Of a stretch of 64,000 nucleotides of DNA, positions 18,346-26,601 are shown piece by piece. The stretch is from contig DAHWIF010000011.1 of NCBI GenBank assembly GCA_027345565.1, positions 51,295 to 115,294 of the forward strand, written 5' to 3'. The DNA is from Candidatus Micrarchaeota archaeon. Its GTDB lineage: Archaea > Micrarchaeota > Micrarchaeia > Micrarchaeales > Micrarchaeaceae. A program made the translations under genes and the position numbers. The notes under the pieces are model-generated. The model was not told the DNA's origin. It saw only the letters and a list, made by a program, of their open reading frames with translations, and did no database searches. Within the stretch, counting starts at the first letter, position 1; each line of letters starts with the position of its first letter.

Positions 18346-19104
18346 TCACGATAGTCTCCTGCTGTTTATTTCGCCATCCAGTTTCTCGAGTGCCGCTTCG
18401 CTCCACAGTGCTTTCCTGCCAGGCCTCCCGCCTGGTGCAAGCGCGCCGACGCTTATGCTCTGAACTCTGCATACGTCTATTCCTGGTATGTTCCTTGCTG
18501 CTTTCGCTATGCCCCTGTCCTCATCTACTACTATAAGAAGCGATCTTCCATAGCGCCTTTGCCTGGATGAGCGCCTTATGCCCTTGCGCCTGATTTTCGC
18601 CCCCTTGATCTCCTCGCCGTCCAACTTCAGGCTCTTCAGCATCTTGATCACCTCCTTCGTCCTACTGATCGATTCGACGTTTGAAGAGAGCACTATCGGC
18701 TGCTTTGTGGCTGCTATCGCGCTGCGGATCGCTTTCTGGTACTCTTTAGCATTTATCCTCTCCTCTATCCTCTTCTCGACAAGATGAGGATGCGCTCTCT
18801 TTCCTTTGACTGCGGATGGTATGCGCTTCACCTTGCCCTGTGCGCCTCCGCCGAGTTTTTCCCTCGGCCTTATAGCGATGCCCATGTGCCTGCCAGTCCT
18901 GTATGAATTCATAGCCCCATAATATCTTGCCGTAGTCTGCATTCCTGCAAGCACGTAGTGCGCTTGCGGCTGAAGCGTCCGTGTGTTCTCGGCAACAACC
19001 GCCCTGGCTATAAGATCGGGCCTCACCGCCTCCGAGAACGCTGCCGGCAACGTCACCGACTTGAGCGTGCTGCCATCTATATTAAGGACCTGGGCATCGG
19101 TCAT
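18346..19104 (-). CDS. rpl4: 50S ribosomal protein L4
   Basis: VRPDLI, AVKGKRAHP, AARNIPGIDV and LAPGG. Confidence 0.93.
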   Translation of the reverse strand: MTDAQVLNIDGSTLKSVTLPAAFSEAVRPDLIARAVVAENTRTLQPQAHYVLAGMQTTARYYGAMNSYRTGRHMGIAIRPREKLGGGAQGKVKRIPSAVKGKRAHPHLVEKRIEERINAKEYQKAIRSAIAATKQPIVLSSNVESISRTKEVIKMLKSLKLDGEEIKGAKIRRKGIRRSSRQRRYGRSLLIVVDEDRGIAKAARNIPGIDVCRVQSISVGALAPGGRPGRKALWSEAALEKLDGEINSRRLS

Positions 19105-20075
19105 CTGATCACCTTACCGGTCGTGGCTATGTATCCTATCTTTGGCTCCTTTATGCCTTTTGCGTCCCTGTTATCCATTGATTTTCTGATCCTGACCAGC
19201 CGCTTGGCGGGACCCGGAATGGAGCCGTCGATTATTATGAAGTCTGACACCACGTTGCCGTAATTTATGAATCCTTGCTTAGGGTTCACACTCCCTGCGT
19301 CATCCTTCTTACCAATCTTAAGGACCAGCTTGTTGTGCTCCGTCCTGTAATTGAAGCCTGTCTGGCCTGCCTGCGGCACGCTCGGGAGCACCCTTTTGGT
19401 CCCGAACGCTCCAAGCGGGGATACGTGCCTTATCTTCTGCGTCGCCTTGTGAGCTTGCCTTGCGGTCCCGAACCTCTTTATCGGGCCTTGCCAGCCCTTG
19501 CCCTTGGATATCGAGATTATGTCGACGTGCTCCCCGTTCTTGAATATATCAGAGGGTTTTATCTCCTTGCCTAGCAGCTTTGCTGCGTATTCCATCTTCT
19601 CTACTGTGCTCTTGCCGATTATTGCAGCTTCGAACCTGTCCTGATGGCGCTGGCCGACGGCCGTGCCCCGCGGATACGCCGCCATGAGCAAAGACACGCC
19701 GGCGTAGTTTTGAGCATCCTGCTTTGCTATGTCTATCCTCTCCCTTTCAGGGGCCACCTTTTTCACGCCGACCCTCTGGGCAGCGGCCTTGTCGTAAAGC
19801 TCGTTGGCTATTTTCAAGTAGCCGGTTGATCCTTCCTTCTTATAAAGCCTTATGCCATACGCCTCTATTGTCGGCACCTCTATTATGGTACATGCCTTAC
19901 TAGTCTCCGATGCCTTCTGCGTCTCTTCGACCACCATGGCGCTCGTCATCCCGACCTTGTATCCCACTATGCTTGAGAGCGACATCTCCTTCGCTCCTCT
20001 AGGTATAGCGCGCATCCTGGGCAGCCTTCTGTACGCCCTCCGCTTCTGCCAGTATTGCATAGAGCCTCTAGTCAT
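19101..20075 (-). CDS. rpl3: 50S ribosomal protein L3
   Basis: GYKVGMT, SKGKGWQGPIKRFG, QAGQTGF and GSIPGP. Confidence 0.95.
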   Translation of the reverse strand: MTRGSMQYWQKRRAYRRLPRMRAIPRGAKEMSLSSIVGYKVGMTSAMVVEETQKASETSKACTIIEVPTIEAYGIRLYKKEGSTGYLKIANELYDKAAAQRVGVKKVAPERERIDIAKQDAQNYAGVSLLMAAYPRGTAVGQRHQDRFEAAIIGKSTVEKMEYAAKLLGKEIKPSDIFKNGEHVDIISISKGKGWQGPIKRFGTARQAHKATQKIRHVSPLGAFGTKRVLPSVPQAGQTGFNYRTEHNKLVLKIGKKDDAGSVNPKQGFINYGNVVSDFIIIDGSIPGPAKRLVRIRKSMDNRDAKGIKEPKIGYIATTGKVIR

Positions 20076-20186
20076 GATAGCACTCTCGGACCTTTATTCC
20101 GACTGGAAAATCAGTACCGTAAATGCAGTTATATTGACTTTGACACATTTATAAATTTATAGCTTGCCTTGCGATTACAAGAACTG

Positions 20187-20753
20187 TCAGCTCCTCAGGT
20201 TCGCCCTTTTCGACGGCCGTCTCTTTATAGTTCCGTATCCCTTCCTAGCTATTCCGCGGTGGAGCCTTCCCGAGTATGTCAGCCCGCGATAGGACCTGCC
20301 TTTTTGCGTGACAACGTTTCTATATGCAGGATCGGCCAAAACCTGTGGTGACGACCTGTCAAGGAGTATTACCTCGTAGAACAGGTCCGTGCCGGCCTGG
20401 CCTACGAAATAGGAGTTGAGTACCTCTGTATTGGTGAACCTGGTTGCTGCCCTCTCCTCGGCTATCGAACGGGTGGATTTTGTAGGGGAGAAAAACCTGC
20501 CGCTCTTTGAAGGCTTCCTGCCGCCCCCTGGCCGCTCCCTTTTCTTCTTGCCCCCTCTGACCCGCACTCTGGCTACAATCACTCCCTCTTTTGCCTTGTA
20601 GCCAAGCCCCCTGGCCCTAGCTATATTCATAGGCCCGTCAACTCTCTTTACAGGTGGGTCCGCCCTCCACGCGGTCATCCTGTCTTTGTAGAGTTGGTTG
20701 CGTTCCTTGTAGCCTTGCGTGAACGAGGCTTTCATGTGTTTGTATAAACCCAT
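20187..20753 (-). CDS. rpl15e: 50S ribosomal protein L15e
   Basis: ARARGLGYKAKEG, IAEERA, EVLNSY and RGLTYSG. Confidence 0.95.
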   Translation of the reverse strand: MGLYKHMKASFTQGYKERNQLYKDRMTAWRADPPVKRVDGPMNIARARGLGYKAKEGVIVARVRVRGGKKKRERPGGGRKPSKSGRFFSPTKSTRSIAEERAATRFTNTEVLNSYFVGQAGTDLFYEVILLDRSSPQVLADPAYRNVVTQKGRSYRGLTYSGRLHRGIARKGYGTIKRRPSKRANLRS

Positions 20754-20947
20754 CTTATCACTGCGAGAAGACGCTGGATAAGTTGCGCGCCAAACTATAA
20801 AATACTTCGGTTCCCGGCGCGCTGGGCCGATTTTGCCCGTTTTACAAAATTACAGACTTTCACTGACATATTTCAAATTTTAGCTATGTTTAAATACTTT
20901 AAAGCCGTAATCTACCTCAGGACAAAAGCGTTCTTTGGTGTGTATTT

Positions 20948-21679
20948 ATGGCTATAAGAAGGGTATCTAAGAAGGTCTCTAGGAAGGCCCGTGCGAGGGC
21001 TTCGACAAGGAAGATGGCTAAGAGGAAAGTTAACCGTGCTAGCACAACCCCCGCGAAGCGCAGGCGCAGCACGCAGCAGAACGCGCAGGCGAAAGGCGCG
21101 GACGCAAAGGCTGCGAGGCGCGGCGATGCACTGAACATAGCTTCTGCGGAGGAGGTGAAGTCGGCTGTCGAAGGCCTTCTCTCGGACAACGACTCAGTCT
21201 CATTCCTGAGGAAGAATATAAGCAAGTGGGCGCCGGACGTGCTCAACATGCTGGTAACCCCGAAAACCGACGAGTATCTCGCGGAGCAGCTTGGAATGAA
21301 GATAAACGCAGTCAGGAGGATACTTAACCTGATGCAGGGATATGGGGTCACGAACTACTATGTGGCGAAGAACACCAACGGGTGGCTTTCCTTCGCGTGG
21401 TACGTCAACACAGACAAGGTGGCGCCGTTCTTCGATTACATAAAAAGCGTTTCTAGCAGGAAGAGCATAGTGACGGATGAATGCAATGATTATTTTATGT
21501 GCAACGGCTGCTACCCGAAAGACAGGCTGATTTTCACTTTTGACGCCGCTTACGAAGCAGGCTTCAAGTGCAATTGCGGACAGAAGTTTGCAAGGATAGA
21601 CAAAGATGCAGCTGAGAAGATGAGTGCTGAGGGTAATGCCGCCACCGATGATGTAGGAGTTCCGGCAGGCACGCTTTAA
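20948..21679 (+). CDS. tfe: Transcription factor E alpha with basic N-terminal extension
   Basis: TDEYLAEQLGMKINAVRRIL..GWLSFAW winged helix; CNGC/CNCG zinc ribbon; FDAAYEAGFKC. Confidence 0.85.
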   Translation: MAIRRVSKKVSRKARARASTRKMAKRKVNRASTTPAKRRRSTQQNAQAKGADAKAARRGDALNIASAEEVKSAVEGLLSDNDSVSFLRKNISKWAPDVLNMLVTPKTDEYLAEQLGMKINAVRRILNLMQGYGVTNYYVAKNTNGWLSFAWYVNTDKVAPFFDYIKSVSSRKSIVTDECNDYFMCNGCYPKDRLIFTFDAAYEAGFKCNCGQKFARIDKDAAEKMSAEGNAATDDVGVPAGTL

Positions 21680-21716
21680 TCCTTCTTTTTATACTTTGCT
21701 GCTAAATCTTGTTGGT

Positions 21717-21803
21717 AGCGAGGTAGGGTAGTCTGGAGTGCCCGTCGGGCTCATAAAATTTTGAGAGACCCGAAGATCAGTGGTTCAAATCCACTCCTCG
21801 CTA
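21717..21803 (+). tRNA. Initiator tRNA-Met(CAT) with 12-nt intron (21756-21767)
   Basis: A1:U72 pair, GGG/CCC anticodon stem, CTCATA|AAATTTTGAGAG|A. Confidence 0.92.
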
Positions 21804-21814
21804 CACTTAACACT

Positions 21815-21915
21815 TGACTTCCGCTAATACCGTAACCGATACAAATTGAATACTACCTTTTATAAGTTATCAATCAAAATCATATTATATAAAGCGCCGC
21901 GATTAGCGGAACTCA
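21815..21915. repeat. 14-bp inverted repeat (13/14) flanking a 73-bp AT-rich spacer; ORB-like
   Basis: TGACTTCCGCTAAT (21815-21828) and ATTAGCGGAACTCA (21902-21915), the latter followed by GGGGT. Confidence 0.6.
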
Positions 21916-21926
21916 GGGGTGTCAAA

Positions 21927-22424
21927 TTGACTGAAAACCAATTCACATACGATATGCTCTGGCAAGCGTATCAGAAGGAGAAAAAGTCAAACGAACTACA
22001 GCTGGTGCCGAAGAGCTTTTACGAGGATTCAACCGAGCTCATAAAGGAGCTGAAGGAGAGCTCGCAGACAGAGGACGGCGTGCCTCAGAAGGAAAATGCA
22101 GCGAAGCTTCTAAATGGCACATTCGAGCGCAGGAAGCAGAAGATCATGATATACGCGGCGTACGGAAGGCAGCCGCCGGGCCCGCTGCCGCAGCACGAAG
22201 CCGAGCTCTACGACGCTGCTGTTCGGCTCATGCAAGAGAGCACGCTTGACAAGAGGGCCGATGGCGCAAAGGCAACAACGCTTAAGGCATTACAGCCCAT
22301 ACCGGAGATATTGCTGCCATCCGGGAGGAAGCTGGGCCCGCTTGAGAAGGACCAGGCGTTTGAAATAAGCAACAAGGACGACAGGGCATTCCTTCTGAAC
22401 AGCAACATATGCGGGGAGACATGA
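21927..22424 (+). CDS. GINS complex subunit (Gins51-like)
   Basis: KEKKSNELQLVPKSFY, ERRKQKI and C-terminal IPEI..GRKLGPLE B-domain; conserved position before rpl44e. Confidence 0.75.
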   Translation: MTENQFTYDMLWQAYQKEKKSNELQLVPKSFYEDSTELIKELKESSQTEDGVPQKENAAKLLNGTFERRKQKIMIYAAYGRQPPGPLPQHEAELYDAAVRLMQESTLDKRADGAKATTLKALQPIPEILLPSGRKLGPLEKDQAFEISNKDDRAFLLNSNICGET

Positions 22425-22425
22425 C

Positions 22426-22710
22426 ATGGAGATGGTAAAGGAGATCAGGACATACTGCCCGAAGTGCAACAAGCACACTCTACACGCCGTCAGACTTTAT
22501 TCAGGCAAGGCTGAGCGCGGGCTCAGCATGGGCACGAGGAGGAGGCGCAGGAAACTCAAAGGCTACATAGGCAAGGTAAAGGGCCAGGCCACCAGGATAA
22601 AAGCATCGAAGAGGCAGAAGGTGCTGCTGGAGTGCAAAGAGTGTCATTACACTGTAGAAAGGGTAATCGGCACCCGCACGAAGAAGAAACTAGAGATAAA
22701 GGCGCAGTGA
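22426..22710 (+). CDS. rpl44e: 50S ribosomal protein L44e
   Basis: TYCPKCNKHTLH and LECKEC. Confidence 0.92.
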   Translation: MEMVKEIRTYCPKCNKHTLHAVRLYSGKAERGLSMGTRRRRRKLKGYIGKVKGQATRIKASKRQKVLLECKECHYTVERVIGTRTKKKLEIKAQ

Positions 22711-22711
22711 T

Positions 22712-23500
22712 ATGGCCGACAACGAGACACCAAAGATAGGGGCACTGGTCATCGCGCAGGTGTCGAAGATAACGCAGTTCGGCGCGTACTGCAGATTGCC
22801 TGAATACAACAACACTGAAGTCTTCCTGCCGATAAGGGAGGTATCGTCAGGCTGGATAAAGAACATACGCGAGTTCATACACGAAGGGCAGAGCCTTGTA
22901 TGCAAGGTAGTCATGTATGATAGGAACCGGAACACGATAGACGTGTCGCTAAAGAAGGTCACGCCAAAGGAGACGAAGGTAAAGATAGGGGCGTACAACC
23001 TAGAGAAGAGGCTTTCCGCGCTACTACAAAGGGCAGCCAAGCAGGCAGGTGTCGATAACAAGGAGACCATACCTGGCATGCTCGCCGAGTTCGGCACCTA
23101 CGCAAGCATATTCCAGCACGCGGCAGAGAACACCGAGCAGTTCCGCAACCTCAAGATACCGAAGGGCTTCAAGGAAGAGATACAGACGGCAATAGAGGCG
23201 AACAGGAAGGAGAAGAAGCACACAGTATCGTACATAGCGACAATATCCACGTACAACACAGAGTCCGGCGCAACCGAACTCAGGAAGCTGCTCGGCGGGG
23301 CTGTGGACGACGGCGTAATGGTCTCCTACATAAGCGCGCCGAAGTACAGGTTTGTGTCAGACGGGAAGGATTATGCTGAGGCCGAAGCGAAGATAAAGAG
23401 GGCGGAAGCCGATATATCCGCAAAGATGAAGAAAGGGGTATTCAAGCTTGAGAAAGAGAAGCTCAGGAAGGAGAAGGAGGACATACTAGCACAGATATGA
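22712..23500 (+). CDS. eif2a: Translation initiation factor 2 alpha
   Basis: S1 domain FGAYCRLPEY..EVSSGWIKNIR..IDVSLK; SAPKYR. Confidence 0.93.
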   Translation: MADNETPKIGALVIAQVSKITQFGAYCRLPEYNNTEVFLPIREVSSGWIKNIREFIHEGQSLVCKVVMYDRNRNTIDVSLKKVTPKETKVKIGAYNLEKRLSALLQRAAKQAGVDNKETIPGMLAEFGTYASIFQHAAENTEQFRNLKIPKGFKEEIQTAIEANRKEKKHTVSYIATISTYNTESGATELRKLLGGAVDDGVMVSYISAPKYRFVSDGKDYAEAEAKIKRAEADISAKMKKGVFKLEKEKLRKEKEDILAQI

Positions 23501-23504
23501 TTGC

Positions 23505-24299
23505 ATGAAAGACAGCACAACTATAATCCTGAACAAGGAGGTAAAGCTGAACAATCCCATATTGGTGGTAGGCCTGCCTGGGATAGGCAGCGTGGGCAAG
23601 CTGGTCGCCGAGCACCTCAAGAAGGAGTTCAACGGCGAGAGGATAGCGACGCTATACTCAAGCCACCTGCCCCACAAGGTGGTGATGCTGAAGAACGGCG
23701 GATTGAGGCTAGCCAGCAACCGCTTCTACTACATAAAGAGCAGGAAGAAGAACGGGAACGATATAGTGGTGCTTACCGGGGACGACCAGGCGCCCACGCC
23801 AGAAGGGCAGTACGAGATTAATGATAAAATAATCAGCTTCTTCAAGGAGAAGTTGAAAGGCAGATTCGTCTACACAGTAGCTAGCTACACTACAGGCGAG
23901 CCCGTTAACGGGACGCCGAGGGTTTTCGGGAACGCGACCAGTAAGCAGGTGATAGACAGCTTCAAGGGCAGCGGGGTGCTCTTCGGGAAGTCAAAAGGGG
24001 TCATATGGGGGTCCGCCGGCCTGATAGTGGCTTTCGCCAAGCGCCAAAAGCTTGACGGGATATGCCTGATGGGCGAGACGTCATTCGTAGATCTTGACGC
24101 GGCCGCAGCCAAGTCCGTCCTGATGGTCTTGGCAGGCAGGCTGGGCCTGACGATAGACACGCAGAGCATAGACAAGATGATAGCGCGTACCGCAAAAACG
24201 ATAAAGGAACTAGAGCACCAGATGACGATGGCATTCCCATCGATGCAGGGCGGAACAGGCCCTGCCCAGCACGAGCAGCACCCCACATATATACGGTAG
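23505..24299 (+). CDS. Proteasome assembly chaperone PAC2 family protein
   Basis: GLPGIGSVGKL, GDDQ and CLMGET; conserved position after eif2a. Confidence 0.88.
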   Translation: MKDSTTIILNKEVKLNNPILVVGLPGIGSVGKLVAEHLKKEFNGERIATLYSSHLPHKVVMLKNGGLRLASNRFYYIKSRKKNGNDIVVLTGDDQAPTPEGQYEINDKIISFFKEKLKGRFVYTVASYTTGEPVNGTPRVFGNATSKQVIDSFKGSGVLFGKSKGVIWGSAGLIVAFAKRQKLDGICLMGETSFVDLDAAAAKSVLMVLAGRLGLTIDTQSIDKMIARTAKTIKELEHQMTMAFPSMQGGTGPAQHEQHPTYIR

Positions 24300-24417
24300 T
24301 AACTGCAACGTTATTAATCTAAATTCGAGTTAGCCGGGTGTCTAACAAACACTAATTTTACGCAGATAAAAAGAGGTTCCAGACTGCGATTTAAACCTTT
24401 CCAAAAGCAGTACTCTC

Positions 24418-25578
24418 ATGAAAAGATACTTCTCTTCGGAAAGCGTCACGGAAGGACACCCTGACAAGGTATGCGATGCCATAAGCGACGCGATACTTGA
24501 TGCGTGTTTGGCGCAGGACCCGGAAAGCAGGGTCGCTGTTGAGACGCTTGTGACCGCCAATTTCTGCTGCATCGCAGGGGAGATCACCACAAAGGCAAAC
24601 GTCGACTTCGAGCAGGTCGCAAGGCAAAAAATACGTGAGATAGGGTACACCGATCCAAATCTCGGGTTCTCGGACAAGGCAGAGATACTTGTCAAGATAC
24701 ACAAGCAGAGCCCAGACATATCACAAGGCGTCGATGCGAATGAGCAAGGCGCAGGCGACCAGGGGCTGATGTTTGGATATGCGACCAATGAAACAGAGCA
24801 GCTTATGCCGCTGCCGATAGTGCTTGCGCACGGTTTGACAAGGAAGCTGGCAGAGGCCAGGAGGAGCAGGGCGATACCAGAGGTGCTGCCTGACGGCAAA
24901 AGCCAGGTAACCGTCGAGTACGAAGGGAGGCTGCCTAAGCGGGTGAGTGCTGTTGTTGTATCTGTCCACCACAAGGAGTGCAATATAGAAAAATTAAGGG
25001 CGGATGTGCGCGAAAAGGTGGTAGGGCCGGTGCTGGGTGGTTGGGCGGATAAGGACACTAGCATACTGATAAACGCCACTGGCAGGTTCGCATTGGGCGG
25101 CCCGGCAGCAGACACCGGTGTTACAGGCAGGAAGATAATAGTAGATAGCTATGGTGGAATGGGGAGGCACGGCGGAGGCGCGTTTTCAGGCAAGGACCCG
25201 TCGAAGGTTGACAGGTCCGCTGCATATATGGCAAGGTACATAGCGAAGAACGTAGTGGCGGCGGGGCTTGCAGACGAGTGCGAGATACAGGTCGCGTATT
25301 GCATAGGCATCGCAGACCCGATGAACATACATGTGAACTGCTTCGGCACCAACAAAGTGCCGCTTGAGATTATAGAGGAGCTGATAAGGAAGAACTTCAA
25401 TTTAAGGCCATCGGCGATAATAAGGGAGTTGGGGCTCAAGTCGCCGATCTACTCAAGAACAGTGGCATACGGGCACTTCGGAAAGGGGGGCATGCCATGG
25501 GAAAAGACCGACAAGGCAAAAATATTAAGAGAGGAAGCAAGCAATCTAACCAGGAACATAGAAGCACAGCGCCAGTAA
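24418..25578 (+). CDS. metK: Methionine adenosyltransferase, bacterial/eukaryotic type
   Basis: ESVTEGHPDK, GAGDQG and GGGAFSGKDPSKVDRS. Confidence 0.96.
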   Translation: MKRYFSSESVTEGHPDKVCDAISDAILDACLAQDPESRVAVETLVTANFCCIAGEITTKANVDFEQVARQKIREIGYTDPNLGFSDKAEILVKIHKQSPDISQGVDANEQGAGDQGLMFGYATNETEQLMPLPIVLAHGLTRKLAEARRSRAIPEVLPDGKSQVTVEYEGRLPKRVSAVVVSVHHKECNIEKLRADVREKVVGPVLGGWADKDTSILINATGRFALGGPAADTGVTGRKIIVDSYGGMGRHGGGAFSGKDPSKVDRSAAYMARYIAKNVVAAGLADECEIQVAYCIGIADPMNIHVNCFGTNKVPLEIIEELIRKNFNLRPSAIIRELGLKSPIYSRTVAYGHFGKGGMPWEKTDKAKILREEASNLTRNIEAQRQ

Positions 25579-25641
25579 TCTAGCCTGGTAGGATCTGAGC
25601 TTCCCAAGCTCAATGCCCGGGTTCAAATCCCGGCTGGCGCA
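25569..25641 (+). tRNA. tRNA-Gly(CCC), overlapping the 3' end of metK
   Basis: GCGCCAG/CTGGCGC acceptor, TGAGC-TTCCCAA-GCTCA, CCGGG-TTCAAAT-CCCGG. Confidence 0.92.
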
Positions 25642-26343
25642 TCATACTACGAGAAGAAGCAGCAGCATCCCGACAAGGCCGCCGCATATGCTGCATATGA
25701 AGTTTGAGGTGAACTTGTTGCCCATGCCCTTTTCCTCGAAGTGGCCAAGCACGGAATCCGTGATTGTCCCTACGAATCCGCCTATAGTAATCGCAACCAA
25801 CGAGTAGAGCACGAACTCAGGCCCTCCAGGCAGCATTATCCCGTTTTTGAACACGACGAAGGCGAACGGTACGCTGATAAGAAGCGCAGCGAAGAGGCCG
25901 GAGGCGAGCCCGAACGCGGTGACTCCTCCAGAAACGCCTTTCTTGACGCCCTTTAGCGTCAGTATGTCCTTTGGCTGGCCGTCAAGCACACCAAGCTCGC
26001 TGCTGAACTTGTCAGATGTTACGGAAGCGACGCTGGCGCCGAAACCTGCCAACGCGGCTATCGCGATGCCGCTCGCTCCTCCTAGCATGGCAAAGAAGAA
26101 GATGAAGGAGAAGATAAGCGGGCCGGTGCCGTTTGACAGCACGTTAGCCACGCTCCTGCTCTTCTCATATACACCCAACGCACGCTTCCTGCCCCTCTCC
26201 GCGTTTGTAACCAGCGCTGAGAGCAGCAGGAAGTAGAGCATGAATGCGATGAAGACGATATTCAGGTCCCCAAAAAGCAGCAGTAGGAAGCCCAGCGCCA
26301 GCGCTGCTATTATGCCCTTGAGATCTAAGGTGAGGAAGGCCAT
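25642..26343 (-). CDS. DUF92/TMEM19 family membrane protein
   Basis: RSVANVLSNG, SDKFSSELG, GVSGGVT, DSVLG and NFICS. Confidence 0.88.
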   Translation of the reverse strand: MAFLTLDLKGIIAALALGFLLLLFGDLNIVFIAFMLYFLLLSALVTNAERGRKRALGVYEKSRSVANVLSNGTGPLIFSFIFFFAMLGGASGIAIAALAGFGASVASVTSDKFSSELGVLDGQPKDILTLKGVKKGVSGGVTAFGLASGLFAALLISVPFAFVVFKNGIMLPGGPEFVLYSLVAITIGGFVGTITDSVLGHFEEKGMGNKFTSNFICSICGGLVGMLLLLLVV

Positions 26344-26426
26344 ATTGTTTCATTTTTATGAAATTATATTCCGCTATTAGTTCTTCTAAGAAAGCTTTTT
26401 AGAACTATTCTTCTCTAGATTATTAC

Positions 26427-26554
26427 GGGTTCTCTACTGTAGGAAGGTCGTGAAGAACTGGTCGCCTTGCCAGCGTGGAAACACGCTGGCACTATTTCTT
26501 CTTCTCTTCAGGTGCAGCGTAGCGCCTGCAAACCATTAACAGAGAGACAGGCAC
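26427..26554 (+). ncRNA. Candidate structured ncRNA or radA leader of unknown family
   Basis: 10-bp stem with GAAA tetraloop, second 7-bp stem with U-G wobble, plus possible closing helices; no convincing ORF. Confidence 0.4.
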
Positions 26555-26601
26555 TTTCAGTATTAAATACTTATTTGTCGGTAATCTATTACCGTGTTCT
26601 G

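Noticed and set aside
24320-24417. SAM or preQ1 riboswitch upstream of metK (ACTGC/GCAGT stem, GATTTAAACC loop, AGAGGTTCCAG)
   Set aside because: The required downstream pairing partners are absent, and TTTAAA lies ~25 bp before the ATG, so it is better explained as the TATA box of a leaderless transcript
26427-26554. SRP RNA, RNase P RNA or split tRNA half
   Set aside because: No SRP helix-8 motif, no P4 complement for the AGGAAGGTC segment, no T-loop, and too short
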